Of a stretch of 64,000 nt of DNA, positions 55,688 to 62,770 are shown in pieces. The number at the start of each line of letters is the position of its first letter. The stretch's first letter is position 1. The notes below the pieces were generated by a model. It was given only the letters and a program-made list of their open reading frames with translations. It was not told where the DNA came from and did no database searches. A program made the translations under genes and the position numbers. The stretch lies in contig CAVWCF010000001.1 in assembly GCA_963753435.1 (NCBI GenBank), positions 832,001 through 896,000 on the forward strand, given 5' to 3'. The stretch is from an uncultured Actinomycetota bacterium. Its GTDB lineage: Bacteria > Actinomycetota > Actinomycetes > CAVWCF01.

Positions 55688-57033
55688 GAGCGACCCACCG
55701 CCACCGTCGGATCGTCGTGGTCGAGCCCGCCGGCGGCCGCCCTGGGTGCAGGTTGTCCGGTCCGCTCGGTCCAAGGTTCGCGCTCCAGGGCCAGCAGCAT
55801 GGCTTCGACCATGCGCGGGTCGAACTGGGAGCCGGAGCACCGACGAATCTCTTCCAGCGCTTCCTCGACGGATCGGGCGCCACGGTAGGACCGGGTCGAT
55901 GTCATCGAGTCAAATGCGTCCGCAACCGCGATGATCCGGGCGAACTCAGGGATGTCTTCGCCCCGCAGGCCCATCGGGTAGCCGCGGCCATCAAGCCGTT
56001 CGTGGTGATGCAGTACGCCGGACAGTGCCTCACCCAGGAACTCCAGGTCCGCGACCAGGTCCCGTCCCCGCACCGGGTGCAGCGTGATCGCGGCGAACTC
56101 CTCGTCCGTCAGCCGCCCGGTCTTCTGCAGGATCCGGGTGGGGACACCCAACTTGCCGACGTCGTGCAGGATCCCGGCGTAACGCAGCGCATCCAGCCGT
56201 GGACCGACCAGGCCGAGAACGCGGCCGATCATTACCGACCCTTTGGCGACGCGTTCGGAATGGCCCCGGGTGTATTCGTCCTTGGTCTCAACTGCGCGGA
56301 TCAGCGTTCGGATGGTGGCCTCGTAGGCCTCGCGTTCCCGGGCGTACTGGCCGATGGCCCACCGCGCGATCATCAGCGGCGCCAGCACGAGGACCACCGA
56401 GGTGGCGCCAATCCCGGACCCGAGCCAGAGCGCGGCGATCATCAATCCGAACACCGAGTATCCGAACATCGCCGGAGTCGTCTGTAGGAGATAGCCCCGT
56501 AGCAGGTCCCCAACGCGTGCACCTTGGGCAGCGGACAGAATCCCGATGAGCAGCAGGCTGGTCACCAGGCAGTAGACCGCGTTGGCAACGGCGAACGGCA
56601 CCAGGACGGATGGGAAGTCACCGGGTTCGAGCGATCCAACAGGCCCACCGAGCCACACGTATGCCCAGCCGGCCGCAAAAGCGCTCAGCGTCCAGTTGGC
56701 CGCGTTGAAGGCGCGCTTGAGGTTCAGACCGTGCCGCTCGGACGGTTCGTGACCCCGGACGAAGAGCCCCATGGCGCCCACCAGTGCCGCTGCGCCGGGG
56801 CCGTCAACCATGAACGCCGCACTCGCGACCGGAAGGGTCATCGTCGTGAATGTTCCCGACGAGGCCACCGATGTCGCGCGGAAACCCACCCGCTCCAGCA
56901 CCAGTACCAGCGCCAGGAGGAGGCCGGTGCCCTGCCAGTCTTCAACGAGAGTGAAGCTGACACCCACGGCGAGCAGCCCAAGACCAACGACAGCGCCCGC
57001 ATACATGCGGGCACGCATCGGCAGGTCGCGCAT
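55684..57033 (-). CDS. membrane HD-GYP cyclic-di-GMP phosphodiesterase
   Basis: About seven TMs and motifs KDEYTRGHSERV, LHDVGK, HHHERLDGRGYP and VADAFDSMT. GGAGGG SD precedes ATG 57033. Confidence 0.92.
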   Translation of the reverse strand: MRDLPMRARMYAGAVVGLGLLAVGVSFTLVEDWQGTGLLLALVLVLERVGFRATSVASSGTFTTMTLPVASAAFMVDGPGAAALVGAMGLFVRGHEPSERHGLNLKRAFNAANWTLSAFAAGWAYVWLGGPVGSLEPGDFPSVLVPFAVANAVYCLVTSLLLIGILSAAQGARVGDLLRGYLLQTTPAMFGYSVFGLMIAALWLGSGIGATSVVLVLAPLMIARWAIGQYAREREAYEATIRTLIRAVETKDEYTRGHSERVAKGSVMIGRVLGLVGPRLDALRYAGILHDVGKLGVPTRILQKTGRLTDEEFAAITLHPVRGRDLVADLEFLGEALSGVLHHHERLDGRGYPMGLRGEDIPEFARIIAVADAFDSMTSTRSYRGARSVEEALEEIRRCSGSQFDPRMVEAMLLALEREPWTERTGQPAPRAAAGGLDHDDPTVAVGRS

Positions 57034-57054
57034 GCGCCCTCCACTGGGGAAGTT

Positions 57055-57293
57055 AGAGAGGGAACCGGGGACCGGCGGCGACACAAGTCACGGTCAGTGC
57101 CAGCCGTGGCCGTTGGTCATTAGAAAGCGCTCCAGCATGGACGAAATCGTCATGAGCGCATCACCCCAAGTCAGAAGTCATGGGAGTCCGCTACTACCCA
57201 TGCGCGATCCGCTCCGCTCGGTGATCGCCCGTCGGACGGGCTGTCGCCACAAGTGCGACAAGCGTGCCGCCGCCGGTCCCCGGTTCACTCTCT
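57055..57293. repeat. 26-bp near-perfect inverted repeat enclosing a small ORF
   Basis: 57055-57080 AGAGAGGGAACCGGGGACCGGCGGCG versus 57268-57293 CGCCGCCGGTCCCCGGTTCACTCTCT: 25 of 26 complementary. Confidence 0.9.
57094..57153 (-). CDS. small peptide MTISSMLERFLMTNGHGWH
   Basis: SD GGGGTGAT lies 6 nt before the ATG. TGA is 60 nt upstream of the HD-GYP start on the same strand. Confidence 0.65.
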   Translation of the reverse strand: MTISSMLERFLMTNGHGWH

Positions 57294-57460
57294 GCAGTTG
57301 TCGGGCGGGCACAGATGTGCCCAGGGCTGCCCCGCTGGCGGTGAGGCCCCCCTGCCGTGTCTTGTGTGACACAGGCGACAGAAGTGAATCGTGTGAATGG
57401 TGAGGGGTCAAGGGGGCAGGCACCTAGGACAGGTATCGAGTCGGTCACGGCCAGCCTCAG

Positions 57461-57476
57461 TCACCCATTCGGGCGA
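57461..57476. promoter_or_regulatory. BldM-box-like palindrome
   Basis: TCACCCATTCGGGCGA resembles the Streptomyces BldM consensus TCACcCgnncGgGTGA, in the divergent intergenic region. Confidence 0.4.
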
Positions 57477-57583
57477 ACCACGACACCCGCTAGCGGGATG
57501 CCGGTTTCGGAGGGTCGGCGATGGCTACGCTTGCCCCACACGGCCCGAACGGGGAATCGAGGGTCGTTGCCAACGGAGGAGCG

Positions 57584-57952
57584 ATGAGCAGCCGCGAACG
57601 GGCGCTCGGCGACGTGGTCGCCGGGTTGCTGGACGCGCGCCTGGACCCGGCCACCGACCGCTTCGACGCCGAGTTGGCGGCCGCCGAAGCCGATGGGCGG
57701 ATCGACGCCCAGACCGCCCGGTTGCTGCGCTGGTGGCAGCGTGAGTCGCTGCGCGGCCTCGTGGACCATGCGCGCCGCACCATTCCGGCCACGATCGTTG
57801 CCTTGGATCAGGCCAACACCGCAGCGCGCACCGGCAACGAAGAGTCGGCTGCAGCGTGGGCGCGGGCCGAGGAGCCCAGCCGCGCGCGGACGATAGACCT
57901 GGACCAACGCCGGCAGGCGTTCGTAGCCGGACTTACTGAGGCGGACGCATGA
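57584..57952 (+). CDS. hypothetical protein
   Basis: GGAGGA SD. Helical protein with LLRWWQRES, translationally coupled to the next gene. Confidence 0.75.
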   Translation: MSSRERALGDVVAGLLDARLDPATDRFDAELAAAEADGRIDAQTARLLRWWQRESLRGLVDHARRTIPATIVALDQANTAARTGNEESAAAWARAEEPSRARTIDLDQRRQAFVAGLTEADA

Positions 57953-58620
57953 CGACCCTGCGATTGCTCCCCGAGTTGGAGCAGGACCTGCAACGAGTGC
58001 CCGGCGTTCAAGCTGCCAGCGTCGTGACGGGCCCGGATGCGGTGCCCGTGGAGATCCACGTCCTGGCGGCGCCGACCAGAGCCGCCAAGCAGATAGTGCG
58101 CGACATTCAGTCCTTGGCCCAGGCTCAACACGGCCTGGCTATTGACCACCGGATCGTCTCCGTCGTGCAACTGGACGTGGACGACAGCCCAGCGCCGGCA
58201 CCGGAGACGCCCAAGAACGGCCACCACAGCCTCGAACAGCAGGCGCCGCCGCGTCCGGCCATCGCATCGATCATGGTCCGCTCAGCCGGCCCGGAGGCCG
58301 AGGCGGTGGTCGTCCTCGCCGCTTCGGGCCTCACCTTTGAGGGACGAGCCACCGGGGCTTCCGGCCTGGGGCACCGATCCCGGCTGGTGGCCAGGGCGAC
58401 CCTGGACGCCCTGGGCGAACTACTGGGTCACTCCGTCGAAGTGGACAGTGCGGACATCGTCGATGCCGGTCCGCATCGGGTCGCGGTCACGGTGCTGACC
58501 ATCCTTGCCGCCCGCTCGGGGGAACAACTCGTTTCGGGATCGGCGGTGGTTCGCTCTGATGAGGCGGACGCGATCGCCCGCAGCGTCCTGGATGCCCTGA
58601 ACCGCCGCTTGGCCGACTAG
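57949..58620 (+). CDS. hypothetical protein with LeuA-regulatory-like C-terminal domain
   Basis: N-domain EIHVLA...KQIVRDIQS...IDHRIVSVVQL. The C-end VSGSAVVRSDEADAIARSVLDALNR resembles the LeuA end [24 protein letters not shown]. Confidence 0.75.
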   Translation: MTTLRLLPELEQDLQRVPGVQAASVVTGPDAVPVEIHVLAAPTRAAKQIVRDIQSLAQAQHGLAIDHRIVSVVQLDVDDSPAPAPETPKNGHHSLEQQAPPRPAIASIMVRSAGPEAEAVVVLAASGLTFEGRATGASGLGHRSRLVARATLDALGELLGHSVEVDSADIVDAGPHRVAVTVLTILAARSGEQLVSGSAVVRSDEADAIARSVLDALNRRLAD

Positions 58621-58874
58621 TCGTCAGCCAAGCTCGGGTCCGTCAGCACCGGCCGGATGGCCTTCAATCCCCGACCGAGGAACGCTGACGGCGTGTTGTC
58701 TCTAATCACCTGAACCATCATCGCCTCGGTGATCGGCGTGTCCTCGCCGTACTTGTCCATGAGGATGCTGTTCAGCCCGTCGCGGGTGTTCCGGCGAAAC
58801 GGGAAGGGAGTAGCGCTGATGCTCTTGTCGTACACGGCCTTGGCATTCTCGGCCCACTTGAAATCCGGCATCAC
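58617..58874 (-). CDS. small hypothetical protein (PCP_red/DUF2621-like pattern)
   Basis: W..NA...Y......PFPFRR...ITE...TP pattern and a GGGAGG SD. Confidence 0.65.
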   Translation of the reverse strand: MMPDFKWAENAKAVYDKSISATPFPFRRNTRDGLNSILMDKYGEDTPITEAMMVQVIRDNTPSAFLGRGLKAIRPVLTDPSLADD

Positions 58875-58952
58875 GGCCTCCCCTTCGCGCTGACTGTAGA
58901 AGCGCCCCGCGCCGGATCAAAGCACGGGGTCGCCATGGTGTGTTCGTGTTGC

Positions 58953-59729
58953 CTACGCCGCAAGCGTCACTTCCCGGCGGCTGGGGGGAAGGTTGAGCAG
59001 CCGGCGCCAGAGGAGCGCACCGAGCAGAACCGATACGAACACAACTAGCGCAAGCACCAACAGCGGCACGCTGCTGCCCTGCGCGCCGTTGCTGATCGCC
59101 CACACCAGGAACCAGAGGCCACTGGATGCGGAGATGGTGGTGAATCCGTGCAGCACCTGGGCACGAGTGCGCAGTAGCGCCGCAAAGAAGTACATCGTGG
59201 CCCCGGTGATGAGCAACTGCAGGAAGATCACCGGATCGCCGAAAGAGTTGAAGGCCAAGACGATCGCAGCCAGGTTGACCACCGACAGCGGTACGAAGTA
59301 CGGACCCTGGCGCAGGTAGAAGACGGGCAGCGCCACAACCGCCGCGACGGAGACGGCTACCACCCAAAGCTGGTCGCCGCCAATGGCCAGCGCGATGCAG
59401 GCTTGGCCGGCGGTAATCAGCCAGTAGAAGAGGAAATCGGCGAAGCCGTAGCCGTTGGTGCTGGCCGTCTCCTCAGTCAGGTACCAGTTGTCCATCGTGT
59501 TCTGGGCGGCCTCGAACGCCCCGCCGGCCGAGAGCAGGCAGGCGGCGGCGAAGAACAGGAAGGGGTTGTACGTCACTTCCTGCAGATAGGCCCAGTTCCA
59601 CGAGACGGCGGCGACGATGGCCAGGGGGACCAGCAACGCGTAGGCGTGCGCAAGCAACACCCACACGGCTTCACCGCCGCGGATGTGGACATCAGCCCAG
59701 ATCCGCTTTGTCGGTGTCATCGTCGCCAC
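58953..59729 (-). CDS. uncharacterised polytopic membrane protein
   Basis: Seven to eight hydrophobic segments with polar motifs FEAAQNTMDNWY and LHGFTT. Confidence 0.8.
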   Translation of the reverse strand: MATMTPTKRIWADVHIRGGEAVWVLLAHAYALLVPLAIVAAVSWNWAYLQEVTYNPFLFFAAACLLSAGGAFEAAQNTMDNWYLTEETASTNGYGFADFLFYWLITAGQACIALAIGGDQLWVVAVSVAAVVALPVFYLRQGPYFVPLSVVNLAAIVLAFNSFGDPVIFLQLLITGATMYFFAALLRTRAQVLHGFTTISASSGLWFLVWAISNGAQGSSVPLLVLALVVFVSVLLGALLWRRLLNLPPSRREVTLAA

Positions 59730-59738
59730 CGCCTTTCG

Positions 59739-60041
59739 TCACTTCTCGCGATTTACCGTTTCCGCTGCCTGCTTCAGCGCGTCGGCGACCACGGCCGTTT
59801 CGGCCCCGATCGCATCGGCGATCTGCGTCGCGATGGACTCCACGGTGCCGTGGATGCCCTGGACAACGGCCTTGCTCGTGTCCCGCGCCGCCCCAGTCGC
59901 TTCGTCAGAAACGCCCATGCTCGACAGGACCGTCAACGGGATCTCCGCAGCAGCAAGGGTCGTGTTCTCGATCGCATCCCCGAAGTTGCGGAACGCGAGG
60001 AGGAAGAACCGGTCTTCACCGCTCTGCTTGGCCTGTGCCAT
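59739..60041 (-). CDS. small amphipathic helical protein
   Basis: AGGAGG SD and start MAQAKQSGEDRFFLLAF. Aligns by eye with 62399-62770. Confidence 0.75.
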   Translation of the reverse strand: MAQAKQSGEDRFFLLAFRNFGDAIENTTLAAAEIPLTVLSSMGVSDEATGAARDTSKAVVQGIHGTVESIATQIADAIGAETAVVADALKQAAETVNREK

Positions 60042-60102
60042 CTCGCACCTCCTGATCGTTCCGGGCGATCCGCTTGATCGACCGGGTCTTGTATACCGTC
60101 GC

Positions 60103-60143
60103 AGTGAACGCATGTCCACCATTTCAGCCTACGAACGTTCACT
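60103..60143. promoter_or_regulatory. tandem FabR/DesT-type operators
   Basis: AGTGAAC-GCAT-GTCCACC (60103-60120) and AGCCTAC-GAAC-GTTCACT (60126-60143) are 18-bp 7-4-7 palindromes. Confidence 0.7.
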
Positions 60144-60314
60144 GAGTGTTCCTGCCCCGATGCTGGCCCCCGAGCACGGACCGCGGCACCGCCTTTGGTC
60201 CCGGGAGTGCGATGCCGGAGGACCCTTTGGTCCCGGCGACTTGTCGGTAAGGCTGACCCTGAGCCCGACGTCGGATTACCCTCGGCGCCCGGGTCAGCCA
60301 GGGGAGGCACAAGG

Positions 60315-61595
60315 ATGAAGACTGTTTCGGCCACTCAGACCGGTGGCGGTATCGACCAAGGCAGTGTTGACCAGGTCAGCGGGACCGGCATCAGCCGGAC
60401 CCCCATCTGGCCCGACTACTTCGCTCGCCACGGCCAGCCCGATGCGGCCAACTGGCAGTACCAGGGGTACCTCAGCGACACCGCGCGGGTCTGGCGGGCC
60501 TACTACAACCTGGTGCTGGGCCACCCGAAGGTCGCCTTCGTCGGCATGCGGCACTTCTACCAATCGCTGGTTTACCGGATCTCCAACGAGCACACCGGGG
60601 ATGCGCTCGCGCCGTTGATGACGTTCGTGACCCCGTTCGGCATGGTCGCGACCCCGTTCGCTTCCCTGCTCGCGGTGGCCACCGTCCCGCCCTTCCTCAA
60701 GCGGGTCAAGCACATGGAAATCCCGCCGCTGTTCCGCCCGTTCAACCGGCGCGGCTGGTCCAACTACAACATCATGCTCGTGACGATGTTCACGATGCAC
60801 AGCTACAAGCAGTACCGCATGGGCTGGAGCCCGGACCACGCGCTCAGGCACTCCTCCAAGGTGTTCTGGCATGACTTCTTCGAGACCCACCTGCCCGAGG
60901 GCCACCGCGCCACCAAGCAGTACGGCGTCATGAAGGACGGCGTGCTCAAGGGCGAGATCCCCGAAGACTCGTTCATCATCAAGCCCACCAAGGGTGGCGC
61001 CGGCCAGTACCTGCGCACCTGGGAATGGGACCCCACCGAGCGCCTCTACACGTGCACCGACTCCGAGCGCAGCCCCGAAGAGCCGGAGGTCTGCACGCCG
61101 GAAGAACTGCGCGAACACATCCTCGGCATGTACGTGAACGCCGTCATCGAGAAGTGCGAGCGCATGCGGTCGCCCTTCCCCATCAGCAGCTTCCGGGTGA
61201 TGACCCTGAACATCGACGGCGAAGCGGAGTTGATCGCCGCCGTGTTCCTGCCTGCGGACGAAGGCTCGAACTCCACCGCGTACTTCGACCTGGACACCCA
61301 CCTCATCAACTACGAGGACAGTTCCATCGGCAAGCCGATCCGGCCCCAGAGCGAGGGACCCTGGACCGGCATCGAGGTCCCCGAGTTGAACGATGTGATC
61401 GAGGCCTGCATCGCGCTGCACAACGAACTGCCCGCCCACGTCGAGGTGAGCTGGGACGTCATGCTGACCGAAGACGGTCCGGTGTACCTGGAAGGAAACA
61501 TCTTCCCGCCCGGCTGCGACTACAAGTTGACGATCTTCAAGAAGTGGGAGAACTTCAAGTACCTGAAGGATCGCCTGCTCGGCGCCTACCGCTGA
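60315..61595 (+). CDS. ATP-grasp domain protein (sugar-transfer-associated type)
   Basis: Motifs FIIKPTKGGAG, SFRVMT and VSWDVMLTEDGPVYLEGN. GGAGG upstream of ATG 60315. Confidence 0.8.
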   Translation: MKTVSATQTGGGIDQGSVDQVSGTGISRTPIWPDYFARHGQPDAANWQYQGYLSDTARVWRAYYNLVLGHPKVAFVGMRHFYQSLVYRISNEHTGDALAPLMTFVTPFGMVATPFASLLAVATVPPFLKRVKHMEIPPLFRPFNRRGWSNYNIMLVTMFTMHSYKQYRMGWSPDHALRHSSKVFWHDFFETHLPEGHRATKQYGVMKDGVLKGEIPEDSFIIKPTKGGAGQYLRTWEWDPTERLYTCTDSERSPEEPEVCTPEELREHILGMYVNAVIEKCERMRSPFPISSFRVMTLNIDGEAELIAAVFLPADEGSNSTAYFDLDTHLINYEDSSIGKPIRPQSEGPWTGIEVPELNDVIEACIALHNELPAHVEVSWDVMLTEDGPVYLEGNIFPPGCDYKLTIFKKWENFKYLKDRLLGAYR

Positions 61596-61640
61596 CGCAG
61601 GCCGTCGTAGCATCACGGCATCCCGACAGAGGAGGTCGCG

Positions 61641-62402
61641 GTGGCCAGTCGCGCCGAGCAGAAGGCTCGCACTCGAAACGCACTGATCCACTCCTGGCTC
61701 AGACTGATCGGGGACGGGGCCAACTTCGCCTCCGTGAGTCTTCGCGAGGTCGCCAAGACCGCCGGCGTTGTTCCGACTTCGTTCTACCGGCACTTCGGCG
61801 ACATGGACGAGCTTGGCCTGGCCGTGGTCGACCAACTCGGCAGTGACCTGCGCCGCCTCGGCCGATTGTCGAAGGACCCGGATACCTCCGTATCGGCGAG
61901 CGTGCAGCAGGGCGTCGAAGCGTTCGCGGAGTACGTCACGGAGAACGCGGACCTGGTTCGTTTCGTCAACCAGGCACGGACCGGGGGCAACTCACCGCTG
62001 CGCAAGGCGATCGACAATGAACTTGAGTTCTTCAGCGCCCGCATCGCCAGCGCCCTGGGCGACGTTCGCCCAGAGTTGGATACTGCCGCTCGCGATGTGG
62101 TCGCCGAGTTGGTCATCGCGGTCCTACTGGAGAGCACCCCGGCGATGCTTGAAGCCGACGCGGAGCAGTTGAGTGCAGCTCGTTCCGGCCTGGAGCAGAA
62201 GATTCACATCGTCCTGCTTGGGGCCGCCCAATTGGCCGAGGAATCACAACAACCCCAAGCGGGCAAGCGCGCCCCCACCAAAGCAACCGGGCCCCGGACC
62301 AGCAAGGCAACGAGCGCCAAGCGGGCAACCGCAGAACGGGCGGCCAAGAAGCCGACCAAGGCGGCCAAGAGCACCCGCAAACCCGCGGGCGGACCGGCAT
62401 GA
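61641..62402 (+). CDS. TetR family regulator, FabR/DesT-like
   Basis: RAEQKARTR...FASVSLREVAKTAGVVPTSFYRHF.DMDELGL closely follows the FabR HTH. Has a Lys/Ala-rich tail. Confidence 0.87.
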   Translation: MASRAEQKARTRNALIHSWLRLIGDGANFASVSLREVAKTAGVVPTSFYRHFGDMDELGLAVVDQLGSDLRRLGRLSKDPDTSVSASVQQGVEAFAEYVTENADLVRFVNQARTGGNSPLRKAIDNELEFFSARIASALGDVRPELDTAARDVVAELVIAVLLESTPAMLEADAEQLSAARSGLEQKIHIVLLGAAQLAEESQQPQAGKRAPTKATGPRTSKATSAKRATAERAAKKPTKAAKSTRKPAGGPA

Positions 62403-62770
62403 ACCTGGTCGAGCAGGTCGACGCCTACTGGGGACTGATCCACCGGTCCTTCGACAATGCCACCGAGGCGGTGGAACACGTCCACCAACGCTTCGCGGAG
62501 ATGTCCTTCGACGTCCTGCACGAGATCGGACTACCCAAGGACGTGACTGATCGGGCCAAGGCCAAGCACGGGCGCGTGATGCACACCCTCTACGACGGCG
62601 TCCGATTCACCAACGCCGAGATCGGCGACTTGGTAGTGCGGCAGTTCGATCAGATCAGCCGGTTCGCCAGCAACCTGAACGCCAGCCTGCTGCCGAGCCC
62701 GACAAACGTTCCCGATCAGCCGCGCACCGGACGCGGTGGCGTCCCCGGGGAGACATCCACGTCCAAGTAG
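62399..62770 (+). CDS. small amphipathic helical protein
   Basis: ATGA-coupled to the TetR gene. Contains ATEAVEHVHQRFAEMSFDVL...LYDGVRFTN. Confidence 0.75.
   Translation: MNLVEQVDAYWGLIHRSFDNATEAVEHVHQRFAEMSFDVLHEIGLPKDVTDRAKAKHGRVMHTLYDGVRFTNAEIGDLVVRQFDQISRFASNLNASLLPSPTNVPDQPRTGRGGVPGETSTSK

Noticed and set aside
57040-57500. Possible CRISPR, IS ends, tRNA or known riboswitch in the largest intergenic region
   Set aside because: There is only one inverted pair, with no spaced direct repeats, transposase, evident target duplication or cloverleaf. I could not recognise a c-di-GMP riboswitch consensus by eye; an Rfam scan would settle this.
57094-61595. ATP-grasp protein as the modifying enzyme (RiPP) for the 19-aa peptide
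   Set aside because: They are 3 kb apart in different transcription units with different operators, and the peptide lacks graspetide-type Thr/Ser/Lys-Asp/Glu core repeats.
62716-62770. 55-bp convergent 3' overlap between two CDSs
   Set aside because: Both tails look low-information. Such overlaps are common in high-GC genomes (also at 52389-52410).
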